A stretch of DNA of 64,000 bases from an uncultured Verrucomicrobiae bacterium (GCA_963706955.1 CAVPOC010000008.1:320001-384000); one strand, 5' to 3'; positions 31,678 to 43,600 are shown, numbered from the stretch's first letter. Program-made: numbers and translations. Notes: generated by a model from the sequence alone, not told the origin.

Positions 31678-31869
31678 AGCGTCTATACCCAAGTCTATAC
31701 CGGCGTGGAAAATTCGGGCCTTTTAGGTCCTCATGCGTCTAAGCGGTCATAGTCTGAAACCGCATTAGCTAAACGGATTTGTCCCCCTCTGTCCACATGG
31801 GACCTATTGCGTCCCCAACCGCCCAAACTTTTTGCGAACGAGACGCTCTACCAACTGAGCTATACCCCC
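31678..31869. repeat. Element-terminal repeat / att site copy A, including tRNA-Ala nt 1-38 at 31832-31869
   Basis: ~190 bp near-identical to 37447-37639; contains CTATACC direct repeats; ends in the exact tRNA 5' half. Confidence 0.92.
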
Positions 31870-32354
31870 AACTTGATTAATTTCAGAAAGTTCGATGGCG
31901 ACCTCCAGAGCAAGAAAGACGCTCTCTATAACGTCATGAGATCATCGGGGATTACTATGCGCAAAAGGAAATCCACGGCAAGATCAAAGGCCGCGCTCCC
32001 CGCTGAGCAAGCTGCATTGCCATGACATAGAAAGCTCGTGAGGCAAACGCGAGTAGCTCGTTTGGGAGCGGCAAGACGACCCCTGCAGGCGTTCTTCCAG
32101 ATACGTGGCCAGCCATCTGCCGCAGATTTCTTACAGTTCTTCCTGGGTCCAACAGAGGCGTCCGCGCGGACTTTGATCTTTGTTCATCATGGAGTGAACT
32201 GTAATGCGACGCGCGCACCGTTCTACGGACGGAGCAACGCGGAGCAAACGCCTCCGAAAATCCAGAGATCGTGACGGTTCCTTCTGCCTGCCCTATCTTT
32301 CCTTTCCTGATTTTCAATACGTCAATTCGAACGCGGTTTTCGCCGAAATCGAAT

Positions 32355-32942
32355 ACAAGGTTTGACGTGGCCCGCCTGGCGCAACGGGGGGGTCGGCCGA
32401 CCGGCATCGACAACTCGCCGAGCAACTCAGCACGGCGCGCTCGCTCCAGGACGAGCACGACCACCACTTCCCGCTCATCCACGGCAATGCCGAGGCGACC
32501 GGTCTGCCCGATGCAAGCTTCGACCTCGCCGCCAGCGAGTACGGGGCATCCATCTGGGCTGATCCCGTATCGCTGGATTCCCAAGGCCGCCCGTCTTTTG
32601 CGCCCCGGCGGCGAGCTGGTCTTCCTGACGAACGGCACCCTCCGGCTTCTCACCGTCCCGGATACCGAGGAGGAGGGCCCGGCGACGGAGCGCCTCCTGC
32701 GGTTCTATCTCGGCATGCTTCGCTTCGAGTGGTCGGACGATCCGGGAGTCGAGTTCCACCTCGGCTTCGGCGATTGGGTCCGCCTGCTGCGGGCTAACGG
32801 ATTCGAGGTGATCGACGTCATCGAGGTGCAGGCGCCGGTAGGGGCGACCGCCAGTGCCCACACCCTCGTCGATCCGGAATGGGCGCGAAAGTGGCCTGCA
32901 GAGCAGATCTGGAAGGTCCGCAAGGGCAGCAGCGTCGGCTAG
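32355..32942 (+). pseudogene. Class I SAM-dependent methyltransferase, 5'-truncated and frameshifted
   Basis: PTGIDNS, HGNAE..LPDASFDLAASEYGASIWADPYRWIPKAARLLRPGGELVF across frames. Confidence 0.78.
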
Positions 32943-33044
32943 GATCGCATCGTCGCGGTATCCGCCATCCTGATCATGTCGGATCGGTGCCCTACACCAA
33001 TAAAATCCTCATATACTCCAAAGTCGAAGGTCACTGCAGCCGCG

Positions 33045-33155
33045 CCGCATGCCATCCAAGAAATGGCGCGAGTTGATCAAGAAGGTATGGGAGGCCGACG
33101 CGCTCCGGTGTCCGAAGGGCTCACCGAAAAATGCGTATCGTTTCGTTCATCGACG
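33045..33155 (+). pseudogene. IS91-like transposase C-terminal remnant
   Basis: KWRELIKKVWEADALRCPK followed by MRIVSFID in another frame. Confidence 0.55.
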
Positions 33156-33201
33156 GCTTCGCTCTTGCATCTCCTCACCTAATCACGGGATACTAACGAG
33201 T

Positions 33202-33321
33202 ATGGGTGATTCGAATCCAAAAAATATTCAGAAGAAAAAAACTCAGCAAAACGCAAAGAAAGTCAGCAGCCAGAAAAAACCAGTAGCGCCGTCCGCTCCT
33301 GCTTCTGGGAAGAGAAAATAG
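33202..33321 (+). CDS. Small Lys-rich protein (39 aa)
   Basis: MGDSNPKNIQKKKTQQNAKKVSSQKKPVAPSAPASGKRK. Confidence 0.5.
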   Translation: MGDSNPKNIQKKKTQQNAKKVSSQKKPVAPSAPASGKRK

Positions 33322-33405
33322 CTGCAAGCACTGCCGTCATCGAGGGAGGTGGGAAATCGGGAGCAGCAGAGGGCGTTGCGTTGCTCTCGGGGTCGGTACG
33401 CAGGA

Positions 33406-34308
33406 TCAGCTGAGACGAATATTTGAAGACCCATCGAGCCGTTTGGACAAATCCACAGGATCACCGATCCCGACCTCCTTTGGGTTTACCTGATAGGTCC
33501 ACACCTCGAAATACGACAGACGAGCCTCTCCGTAAATTGTGGCAAATGCTCCGTCTACAGCATCGAGGCCATGTGAGAGTTTGATGCGTCCGGTACGCGG
33601 AGCATTAAAGCGAGCATCAAACGTAAACCACCGTCCCCCTAAATAGACCTCACAATAGGCATGGAAGTCCTCTGGGTGACTTGAGACGAGAAAGCCAATC
33701 TCTGGAAGGTGACCCGACACATAGCGGGCAGGCAGGTTGAACGTCCGGCAAAGAGCCACCACCACGTGGGCGAAATCACGACACACTCCGTAGCGTTGTT
33801 GAATCACCTCTGATGCGGAGAGATCCGGCCGCCCTGAACCGTAGCGATATTCGATGTTGTTGTGAACCCAGTCACAAATGGCTTGCACCCGTTCATGCCC
33901 ATTGGCGAACCGGCCGAAGTGCTTCCATGCGAAATCGAACAGTTTATCGGAATCACAATAGCGGCTGGGCAGAGTGTAGCGTAGCAGCTCTGCCGGAAGG
34001 TCGTAAACTGGGACTGGGAGTACGCCTGGCGCCCCTTGATTTTCAGGTGTCGAGGATACAGCGACCAAAGCATCGTAGCGGATGTCATTGCGGCCGGACT
34101 TGAGCATCGAGCGGCAGGGGAAATTGCCGTGAGTATCCTGGAACTCATTCGAGGGAAGATCAGGTTCAAATGATCGCTTCTCAATAGTGACAAGATGTGC
34201 GTCGTCGAGACGTGGCCTAAGCATGAACACCACCGGAGTCGGTGCGGTCGCTTCGTACGTCAAGTGGCATCCCACACGGATGGTAAGATCAAGGAATGTG
34301 GATATCAT
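33406..34308 (-). CDS. Transglutaminase-like family protein
   Basis: PSRYCDSD, GVCRDFAH, ARYVSGHL, DFHAYCEVY, FDAR (Cys-His-Asp triad). Confidence 0.9.
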   Translation of the reverse strand: MISTFLDLTIRVGCHLTYEATAPTPVVFMLRPRLDDAHLVTIEKRSFEPDLPSNEFQDTHGNFPCRSMLKSGRNDIRYDALVAVSSTPENQGAPGVLPVPVYDLPAELLRYTLPSRYCDSDKLFDFAWKHFGRFANGHERVQAICDWVHNNIEYRYGSGRPDLSASEVIQQRYGVCRDFAHVVVALCRTFNLPARYVSGHLPEIGFLVSSHPEDFHAYCEVYLGGRWFTFDARFNAPRTGRIKLSHGLDAVDGAFATIYGEARLSYFEVWTYQVNPKEVGIGDPVDLSKRLDGSSNIRLS

Positions 34309-35768
34309 GCCCCTCTATAGCGCAAAAGGCGAAATGTGGTTCTCAAAGCGAGTGTAGCCCGCCAAGGTTGATCCCTGCGGGATGCGATTTTCCCTGTTCG
34401 ACGCATCAACAATAGGCTTCTCAAACTGAAATCATGGATAATCGTGTCGAATCGTTCATCGAACAGCCTTAAGAATCTGCGCGCCTTGTGCCCTGGGGAA
34501 GAATGGTGAATGTTGGAGTATCCTGAGAGCGGATCTCGAAATGAAGGACATGTTATCCTGCAGACTGGTTGAGATCGACAAGGCACAGGCTCCGGCTGGG
34601 TTAGCAGCGAGCTACATGTCCACGGTCAAATTCCACAATCACAGTCACCTGGATCGACTCTAACATTCCTAAGGTGAGAAAGCTCGCAAGGATTGCCGAT
34701 GATAGGCAGATTGTATTTTCAATTGCAACGACACGGACTCTTGGAAAATGAATAGGTATCACCTGCTCTTCAAGAGTGGCTTTCCCCGGTCTCTTTTTGG
34801 CGATTCATTGCAAATAGTGTCGCTGTTGCTCGTAACAGAATTGTAATGGATGCTCCGTTTGTTCCCCCGGAGAAGATCCGGAAGGAGACACAAATGAGTC
34901 GTAACGTCATTCGCGCAACAGGCGCTCTTACTCTGGGAGGCAGCCACCAATAGGTTAACTGTTGTTCCACCGCGTTTCGCTGGCGACAAACAAGGACGCC
35001 CTGAAACCGTATGCATAGCAAGCTTGCGAGCAGTAGCACGAACGGCCTACCGTGGAGCGCCTCTAACAAGGGCAATCAAAAGATAGAGCCTGCACCAACC
35101 GGACCGCGCCTAGGTAAGATATGCTCGCTTTTGCGCAATATAAATGGAATTGAATAAGAACGGAAGTGTGATGAAACGCCAGTCATCGACTGAGCACGAC
35201 AATGCGATTGGATGCGCTCTATTATGGGCCGCTGTGATGAGGCTCGACAGACGAATAGCGATGAAAATTCTCAGCGTCGCGATTCGCGAACGTAACCGCA
35301 AGACACAACTCCAATGAAATACCATTGGACCGACGGCTCCGAATTTCGAATGTCTAAATTCCTGCAAATCAAGCTGCACTTAGCCTGCGCGATCAGAGGA
35401 GCCCCTATCGGATTTCATATTGTGGGAATGCTCCGAACCATATTTGCCTCCTGTTGAGAGGAAGTTGGCCGACTGCCAAAAACAACCAGATACGGCTGCC
35501 CACTGGCGTTTTATCGAATACCAGGACAGCGACGAGTTCGCCCTTTGCCGAACGATTCTCCTACGTTGCTCTCGTGTGCTGGGCCCTGTTCGAGGGATTT
35601 TTGCGGTCGTGGCCAGCAATTTTTGGATTAGAGTTTAGGCCGCTAGGAAACAAAAGGGGATGGAAAGCGCCGAGGGTGATCCGGCCGACTCGCTCCTTTG
35701 TGCGTGGGTGGGCGTCGTTGCCCGGCAACCCGACCCTTGAAGGCGTCCCTACGTTGTAAGATACTAAA

Positions 35769-36263
35769 ATGTCTGCAATGAAAATCGGTAGAGTTCTGGA
35801 AGTTCTTGAGCGGGAATTGGCTATTTTTGAGAAGAATCAACAGGAGCAGCGACCAGAGGAGACGTCCGCCGATCAAGCTACTCTCGAGAAATACACTGAG
35901 CTTTGGGAGCGGCTGAGATCCGACATGGAAAAAGTCGCAGATTTTATGAATAGAAGAGGCTATTCCGTAACCGTAGGAAATTCTGATGACCAGGGATTCG
36001 GGGTCAGCTCTGGGCCAATGATGCTGTTCCTTGGTGTTGGCAACGATGTTATTGCCGGCCTCGAGTTCCACTTCAGCGTAAGCGACAAAACGATCATCAG
36101 CACGTATTACGGTAGGGGCGGGAAGGATTTCGGGAAGACGGCAAGCATCTTTCTAGTTTCATTAGACTACGAAAGGGACATTGTTCCCACTCTTGCGAAC
36201 TTTATTCCGTTTGCTCTGGGAATGGGAGAAATTGTGTGGCGCAACGACCCTCCGCTGCAGTAA
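35769..36263 (+). CDS. Hypothetical protein
   Basis: 164-aa ORF with ATG start and globular composition. Confidence 0.55.
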   Translation: MSAMKIGRVLEVLERELAIFEKNQQEQRPEETSADQATLEKYTELWERLRSDMEKVADFMNRRGYSVTVGNSDDQGFGVSSGPMMLFLGVGNDVIAGLEFHFSVSDKTIISTYYGRGGKDFGKTASIFLVSLDYERDIVPTLANFIPFALGMGEIVWRNDPPLQ

Positions 36264-37446
36264 GGGACCACTTTTATCAAGATAGTCTTTGCTACGCCGC
36301 TTTCACAACACTGGGATCTTTGAACTTGATAAAGAGATCTCTGCATTGGCGCGCGATGATGAAGATGAAGGCCCCGTGGGACTGGATCGGCGACTTGAAA
36401 TGGTCGGCAGGGCTTTTCAAGTGCCGCACTTCTTCCCTCTTCTCAAGAAAGTTCTCAACTTGGTCGCGGTTTCCGAAATGGTGAAATTTCCCCGAGCCAT
36501 CGGGCGTTTCATAAACCAAGAAGCAGCCGTAGTCAGCGACCCACAATGTCAGTGGACGGCGATCTTCGCAGAGAACAGCTTTGTTGCCCAATTCACTTTC
36601 TCTGATCTCGTCGGGGCATACTGAAACGCCCGGTTCCTCTCTAGGTTTCTACAAGATTTTCTACAAGTCACCTCAACGAGCGCACATCGGTCAACCGGCC
36701 GAGAGGAACGCCAGCGGTCACTTGTTAATGATTGTATCGGCCGTAGAGTGCTAGATGGGCGACAAGACAGAGAAGGAAAAGCACAAAAAAGACCTCCAGC
36801 ATGACGCGAAACGCTTGGCTGCCGACCATGACAAGCAGAAAACCACAGAGGCACAGCATCACCCCATATCGGGCCATCCTGCCACCGCTGAACACCCAGC
36901 CTCTTCCGGGACTATCGAAGTGAAGTCAAAGTAGGAGTTCTCGCCAAGTGGTGGGAGCCCCCATTGCTTGTCAAGTTTTCGAAGCGAGGCCAAACCCGCT
37001 GCCATCGCCGAAGGGGAGTTGTGCCAAAAAATCCATGTTTCGACCTGTTCCCGCGCTTACTCCGCAGCAAGGAGAGCATCAAGAAGTTGAGGCGTCAAAG
37101 CCGCCCGGGCTGCGTCCGTAAAAGCATGTGCGCGCCTCAGATGCCGAGTGAACGCTCGGCGCGATGTCGGGTGTGGCTAGTATCTACTCCCGACAAGCAC
37201 GGTGTCATTTTACAGAGTTGGCGCTCTTTTGTAATAACCGCTCTTATCGTGTGCGCTTAGCATAACCTCCGGAAGCCCTGGGGCAGAATCATGGGCTCTT
37301 CCCCAAAATCGCTTCCGACGCTTATAATATTGTCATTTCGAGGCGCTTGTCGGAAGGAAACGCGCCCGCTGAGGAAAGTCGCGTCAGGAGCGAGCCACGG
37401 GCAGCCAAATAACGGATTCCATCCACGACACGCAGCACCAAGGACT

Positions 37447-37639
37447 AGCGTCTATACCCAAGTCTATACCGGCGTGGAAAATTCGGGCCTTTTAGGTCCT
37501 CATGCGTCGTAAGCGGTCACAGTCTGAAACCGCATTAGCTAAACGGATTTGTCCCCCTCTGTCCACATGGGACCTTTTGCGTCCCCAACCGCCCAAACTT
37601 TTTGCGAACGAGACGCTCTACCAACTGAGCTATACCCCC
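37447..37639. repeat. Element-terminal repeat / att site copy B, including tRNA-Ala nt 1-38 at 37602-37639
   Basis: Near-identical to 31678-31869 (about two substitutions and one 1-bp indel). Confidence 0.92.
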
Positions 37640-37739
37640 GAGTTTCTGAAATCAAAATACTCATAAGATCGAAAGAGCTTCTCGAACAAAGACTTGTAAC
37701 CCAAAGCTTAAACACAAGTCCGGCCAGCGTCAGCAAAGG

Positions 37740-37900
37740 AAAGTTTAGATGCGTTCAAGTCCATGTTTCGAGAGGGTAGGGATTGCTTTATCGCGATCCC
37801 TCGATCGGTAACTACTATGCCTTGGTCAAAGTCGGGGCAGGTAGTTTAAGCGCAGCCTCGGCACAGACAATCTGCCCACTGCGCGGCGCAAGTGGAAGGA
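37740..37900 (+). pseudogene. Tyrosine-integrase N-terminal remnant (second type)
   Basis: LYRDPSIGNYYALVKVG / FKRSLGTDNLPTARRK across a frameshift. Confidence 0.55.
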
Positions 37901-37943
37901 CGCCGAAACGTCTCGCACAGGCGCACGCCTGTGCGCACCGCGA

Positions 37944-38948
37944 TCACAGCGGTCGGAAGCCCGCCGTGAGGACCGCCACGGCTTCCTCTTGCGCCACCGG
38001 TGTTCGCGCATGCACGACGCTCCCGCCATAAAATAGCAGCATCTCCCCCGGCTGGAGATCGACTCGCTCTGTACGTCCGTCAGCGAGGAAGTGCAAATGA
38101 TGCGATTGAGGCGCATGGCGATAGTCGTGTCTAACCATAAATAGCGCGGTCAAAGCATATGAGCTCGCATCAACATGGGGGTATACGCCGTGACCAGGCG
38201 AGTCATAGAAAACGTACGCTGCCCTTGCTGTCGACTCGCAGCTGCCGGCATGGCTCTCGACCAGGTCGATCAGCGGCTGTGAGATAGCGAGCTTTTTCGC
38301 AACTGGTCCCGCGCGTGCGAGGGCCCGCCATTTCAGTTGAATCGCGCGTCCTCGCGCTTCGGCTGCGTCGGCTTGCAGGTCGTCCAGCCAGTCCTTTGTG
38401 AGGAATGCTGGCCGTCCGCGCCAAACCGTTCCGTCTGACGGAATTCGCTCGTGGTGGGGCTGAAGCAATCGGAGAGTCTCCATCACAATTGGAAACGCCT
38501 GAGGAGCAGAAGCGTTCGATGCTCTCTCCAAACCGCGAGCAAGGCTGGAAGCGGCCGTGCCCAGAAGTATTTTCACGCCTTCGCGTTCGGCCTCGTTTGT
38601 GGCAATCGTCGCTAGCTTTTGGACAAGCGGACGCGCCGTCATCTCCGAGGCTGCGCCCGACGTGCTGGGGATTCCTCCCGTCGCCTGATCGAGACCCAGC
38701 CGGCTCGGGAGCTGCGCAATCGCTCCAAGGAGTAGCCGCGTCAGCCCGTCCCGTTGGGGCTGGTTATTCTCTGTCAGCTCAGGCGGGAGCTCAGGCGCGT
38801 CGGACAACACCGTGTCCTCGGCGGCTGCACGAACGATCGCTTCGAATACGGTAGCCTCTAGCGGCGGCAACCGCGCATAAAGTTCCGCAAGCTTCAGACA
38901 GAGGTCGGGCCAAGCTTCTTCCAAATCACGGGAGTCAATTTCGTGCAT
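37944..38948 (-). CDS. Protein with C-terminal 2OG-Fe(II) oxygenase-like domain
   Basis: YVFYD.PGHGVYPHVD...LQPGEMLLFYGGSVVHARTP (HxD...H triad); likely start MHEIDS. Confidence 0.65.
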   Translation of the reverse strand: MHEIDSRDLEEAWPDLCLKLAELYARLPPLEATVFEAIVRAAAEDTVLSDAPELPPELTENNQPQRDGLTRLLLGAIAQLPSRLGLDQATGGIPSTSGAASEMTARPLVQKLATIATNEAEREGVKILLGTAASSLARGLERASNASAPQAFPIVMETLRLLQPHHERIPSDGTVWRGRPAFLTKDWLDDLQADAAEARGRAIQLKWRALARAGPVAKKLAISQPLIDLVESHAGSCESTARAAYVFYDSPGHGVYPHVDASSYALTALFMVRHDYRHAPQSHHLHFLADGRTERVDLQPGEMLLFYGGSVVHARTPVAQEEAVAVLTAGFRPL

Positions 38949-39090
38949 TAAACTCTCGTTGTTCGCAGCAAAAACCTGCGGGGCGGGGGTTAAATTGAGC
39001 CAACATGGGACGAATCTAACAAGTCTGGAAAATAGTCGAATAGAACGCGGAGCGAAAGTCAACACGCACATCCGCCATCTTGCAGTGTGG

Positions 39091-39124
39091 AAAAAATCTG
39101 GAGGGCCAAGGAAGACCCCTCCAG
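39091..39124 (-). terminator. Putative intrinsic terminator
   Basis: CTGGAGGG-loop-CCCTCCAG followed by ATTTTTT on the minus strand. Confidence 0.5.
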
Positions 39125-39477
39125 CTCAGCACCGAGGACGCTGAACAGCGCTATCATGTTTCGCTGAAGCACCGTGTCCACGATATCCTCGCAGAGTGTT
39201 TCTGTGCCAGGTCCACGCGAGACGGGCATTTCGGAGAATGTTTATTACCATTGCAATCGAACACCGGGGCAAATCTTCTTCACTGAGTTCGGCGAGTCAG
39301 CTAGGTAAAGCGGCTTAAAAGATGCCCACCGCATTCTGTTATCTTCGATGCCATGGCGTGTGCGAGAGCGACACCCGCTATTTTGTGTCGTCAAGGGAGG
39401 CTGTTAAGCTCATGCCGAAGACTTCACTTCCATGCCTGAACAGTTGCGAGGGAATCACTTGATAGATAGGGTCCCCC

Positions 39478-40671
39478 GTGGAACCGCCTTCAAACAACTC
39501 GGTTATTCTGATCGTTGATGATACCCCGGAGAATGTTGACGTGCTGGCAGGGGTCTTGCGCGAGCATTATCAGATCAAGGTCGCCTTGAACGGGTCCAAG
39601 GCGCTCAAGATCGCGCAGAGTGATCCTGCTCCGGCCTTGATTCTTCTGGACGTCATGATGCCGGAAATGGATGGCTATCAAGTATGCTTACAGCTCCAGG
39701 CTGATGAGCGGACCCGGCGCATCCCGGTGATCTTTGTTACCGCCAAATCCGAGGTTGAAGACGAAGCGCAGGGCTTCGGTCTTGGAGCCGTAGACTATAT
39801 CACCAAACCCGTAAATCCCGCCATCGTTCTCGCCCGCGTTCGCACCCATCTCGCCCTAAAACACTCGCTCCAAAAACTGGAGGATCTCTCCTCGAAACTG
39901 GCGCGCTATCTCCCACAGCAAGTTTATCAGTCCATTTTCGAGGGTCGACAAGACGCGCGGATCGGCTGTAGCCGCAAGAAACTGACCATCTTTTTTTCCG
40001 ATATCGTTGGCTTCGTCAATGAGACTGAGGGCATTGAGCCGGAGGACTTCACATTCATTCTTAATGGTTATCTCAATCGAATGGCCCAGGTCGTGTCGAA
40101 GCATGGCGGCACTCTGGACAAGTTTATCGGAGACGCTGTGCTGGTTTTCTTCGGCGATCCGGAAACCAACGGAGTTGCGGAAGATGCCGCCGCTTGTGTT
40201 TGGATGGCATTGGAGATGAAGGAAGCTATCGTCGAACTGAATCGTGAGTGGCTGGCTAAAGGCATCAGACAAGGTTTCGAAGTTCGCATGGGGATTTCTA
40301 CTGGCTTTGCGACCGTCGGCAACTTCGGGAGCGACGAGCGTATGGAATACACAATCATTGGAAAGCAGGTGAACCTTGCCAACCGGCTGCAAGCTGCGGC
40401 GCAGCCAGGGGAAATCCTGATCGGTGAGGAGACTTGGCTGTTAGTCAGAGACGTTTTCCGTTGTGTCGCCAAGAAACCAGTTCACGCTAAAGGCTTCGAA
40501 CGCCCGATCCAGACCTATGCTGTAACGGGTCCCGAGCTCTCCGAAGACCCAGCAGTCATCGAAGAGGCTCGCCCCGGATTCCGATTAACGCTTGATCCCG
40601 CCCAGGTTGAGCCCTCAGAGCGGTTAGCTGTCGTGGAGAAACTCCGCGCGGCTATCGCCCGCCTCGACTAA
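39478..40671 (+). CDS. Response regulator receiver fused to class III adenylate cyclase
   Basis: LIVDD...LLDVMMP...DYITKP; IFFSDIVGF, DKFIGDA, EYTIIGKQVNLANRL. Confidence 0.92.
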   Translation: MEPPSNNSVILIVDDTPENVDVLAGVLREHYQIKVALNGSKALKIAQSDPAPALILLDVMMPEMDGYQVCLQLQADERTRRIPVIFVTAKSEVEDEAQGFGLGAVDYITKPVNPAIVLARVRTHLALKHSLQKLEDLSSKLARYLPQQVYQSIFEGRQDARIGCSRKKLTIFFSDIVGFVNETEGIEPEDFTFILNGYLNRMAQVVSKHGGTLDKFIGDAVLVFFGDPETNGVAEDAAACVWMALEMKEAIVELNREWLAKGIRQGFEVRMGISTGFATVGNFGSDERMEYTIIGKQVNLANRLQAAAQPGEILIGEETWLLVRDVFRCVAKKPVHAKGFERPIQTYAVTGPELSEDPAVIEEARPGFRLTLDPAQVEPSERLAVVEKLRAAIARLD

Positions 40672-43600
40672 GTGAAGTCTCTCATCGACCACGCGGTTCC
40701 AAGATGGTGGCAAAGTCGGCTTTGTCGCTTCATCCTGGTTATTTTTCTTGTCCTGGTGATGCCCCGAGAGTCGCAGGCACTCGATCAGGTGACGCTGCAG
40801 CTGAAGTGGCTTCATCAGTTTCAATTTGCCGGTTACTATGCAGCCCTTGAGAAAGGCTTCTATCGCGAAGCCGGTCTCGATGTGCAGATTCGCGAAGGTG
40901 GTCCCAACGTGGATGCTGTCGAGGATGTCGTCACTGGACGCGCTGACTTTGGCGTGGGGACGTCCGGCGCTTTAATCGCCCGCGCCCAGGGCAAAGAGGT
41001 CGTCGTTTTGGCGGCGGTGTTTCAGCATTCTCCGGCCATTCTCCTCGTTCCGCGTCGCGCCGCCGTCTCCAGCATCTTTGCGCTGCAGGATCGACCGTTG
41101 ATGGACACCCCGGGCAGCGAAGACATCGCAGCGATGCTAAAGCTCGCGGGTGTGGACTACGCCAAAATGCCGCGCGTCAAACACAACGGCGACCCGCTCG
41201 ACTTGGTCAGCGGCAAGGCGGATGCCATGGTCGCCTACAGTACGAACGAGCCCTTCGTTCTTGAACAATTGGGCGTTCCTTACCTCGCCTTCTCTCCGCG
41301 AGGATCCGGCATCGATTTCTACAGCGACAACCTGGTGACGTCCGAAAAGCAGATGAAGACGCATCCTCAGCGCGTCGCTGACTTTCGCGCAGCAAGCCTT
41401 CGAGGATGGCAGTATGCACTGTCGCACAAGGAGGAGATCGTTGATCTGATATTGCGCCGTTACTCCCAGGCCAAAAATCGTGAGGCCCTTCTCTTCGAAG
41501 CAAACCAGACGGAAGTGCTTGTCCAACCGGGCTTGATCGAACTCGGTTATCAAAACCCAGCCCGCTGGCAGGCGATTGCGGATACCTATCATTCTCTTGG
41601 AATGCTGCCAGACGCAAAGGTGCCCGAAGATCTGATCTACAAAGCGGAAACAGGTGCCATTCCGCTCTGGCTGAAGGCATCTCTGGCAGGCGCGGCGATA
41701 TTGGGACTGGTGGCGACGTTGGTGGCGCTTTGGATCGCCAGGCTCAACAGGCGCCTCAACTCAGAGATCATCGAACGGCGCGAAGCCGAGCGCGAGATCC
41801 AGCGCGCCAATGCTCAGGCAGAATCCGCCCGCCAACAGTTGGTGGCAATGTCTGAAGCCCTGCCGCTGGCAATGTTTCAGATCGAGTTCAAGTCAGGCGC
41901 TGACGTGCGCTATAATTTCGTCGGCAGTAGAGTCGAGCAGATCCTTGGCGTGCCGGTGAAGGAGCTGATGGCCGAGGCCGCGCTGCGATGGCGCCATGTT
42001 CACCCGGATGACGCCGAGGTGGTGCGGAGCATCCTCGCCGACGCAACACAACGCGTTCGGGCGGGCGACTTCAAAGATAGCGTCGAGATCGTTGTGCGTG
42101 TGTTGTCGAACGGCCAACCGCGGTGGGTCCGTTCGAGCGCTTACCCTGCTCCGCCGCTTCCCGACGGCACGGTGATCTGGAACGGCTTTTACCAAGACAT
42201 TACCGAACGGAAGCAAGCCGAAGATGAGCTCAAAGCAAGCGAGGAGCGCTTTCGCCGGCTGTTCGAAGATTCGGCCGACGCCATGTTACTTATCGATGAT
42301 AGCCGTTTCGTCGAATGTAATGCTGCGGCCGTCGCCATGCTGCGTATGAGGTCGCGCGACGAATTGTTGAATCACAGTCCCACTGATCTCTCTCCGCCAA
42401 TCCAGGCAGACGGCACACCGTCGGCGCAAAAAGCACAGATTCTTATGGCGCAGGTGATGGAGCGCGGCAGCCTCCGCTTCGAGTGGTTGCACCGGCGCGC
42501 TGACGGCGAGGTCTTCCCGGTCGAGATCCTGTTGACGACCATCGAGCAACACGGCCGGCGACTGGTCCACACGGTGTGGCGAGACATTACCGAGCGCAAA
42601 CGCGCGGAGGAAGCAGTTCGCGCGGCAAGGCAAAAGGCCGAGGAGGCGACACAGGCAAAGAGTGATTTCCTGGCAAACATGAGCCACGAGATTCGCACTC
42701 CGATGAATGGCATTCTCGGCATGGCTCATCTTTGCATGAAAACCGATCTTACCCCGAGGCAGCGCGATTATCTCCAGAAGATCGACCGCTCCGCCTATTC
42801 GCTGCTGGGGATCATCAATGACATCCTCGACTTCTCCAAAATCGAGGCAGGAAAACTCACCATGGAGCGCATCGGGTTCGGCCTCGAGGAAGTCTTCGAA
42901 AACCTCACCAGCGTCGTCGGCATGCGCGCTCACGAGAAGGGACTGGAAGTCTTGTTCCGAATAGCTTCCGAGACGCCGCTCCATCTCGTGGGGGACCCCC
43001 TGCGCCTGCAGCAGGTTTTGGTGAATCTCTGTTCCAACGCCGTTAAGTTTACCCAGCAGGGAGAAGTGGTCGTTTCCGTGAAGCCGGTACAAATCGATGA
43101 CGGCGAAGTCGAACTCGAATTCGCCGTCAGTGACACCGGCATCGGAATGACGCCCGACCAGCAAGCTCGTCTTTTTCGGCCGTTCACCCAGGCTGATTCC
43201 TCCACCACGCGCAAGTTTGGTGGGACCGGGCTCGGCCTCTCTATCTCGCTGCGCTTGGTGGAGTTGATGAGCGGTCAGCTTCGTCTGGAGAGCGAGCCCG
43301 GCAAAGGAAGTATCTTTCGGTTTACCGCCCGCTTCGGCTGTCAGGATCGGGCGGCCCGAGCGCACCATCTTGCCGCGGTCGATCTTCGCGGGACCCGCGT
43401 TCTCGTGATCGATGATAACAGCACTTCACGCCAAATCCTCCAAGAAATGCTCGAAGCAATGTCCTTCGAGGTCACGCTAGCGAACTCGGCACGGGAAGGA
43501 CTCGCCAAATTGACCACAGCAGATGCAAGTGACCCATTTCAACTGGTGCTTATGGACTGGGAGATGCCCGAATTGGACGGGCTGACAGCGGCCTGGATAA

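Larger units (their letters stand above)
18914..31869. mobile_element. Decayed integrative element 1 at tRNA-Ala
   Basis: Bounded by the intact tRNA and an exact 38-nt copy of its 5' half; begins with an integrase remnant; pseudogene-rich. Confidence 0.75.
31870..37639. mobile_element. Decayed integrative element 2
   Basis: Flanked by two tRNA 5'-half copies; its first ~380 bp is homologous to 18914-19380 (integrase and HTH remnants). Confidence 0.75.

Noticed and set aside
31832..31869. Additional functional tRNA genes (also 37602-37639)
   Set aside because: Only nt 1-38 are present; no 3' anticodon stem, T arm or acceptor 3' strand.
34310..37260. Numerous short ORFs other than 35769-36263
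   Set aside because: No recognisable motifs and conflicting frames; cannot distinguish real small genes from noise.
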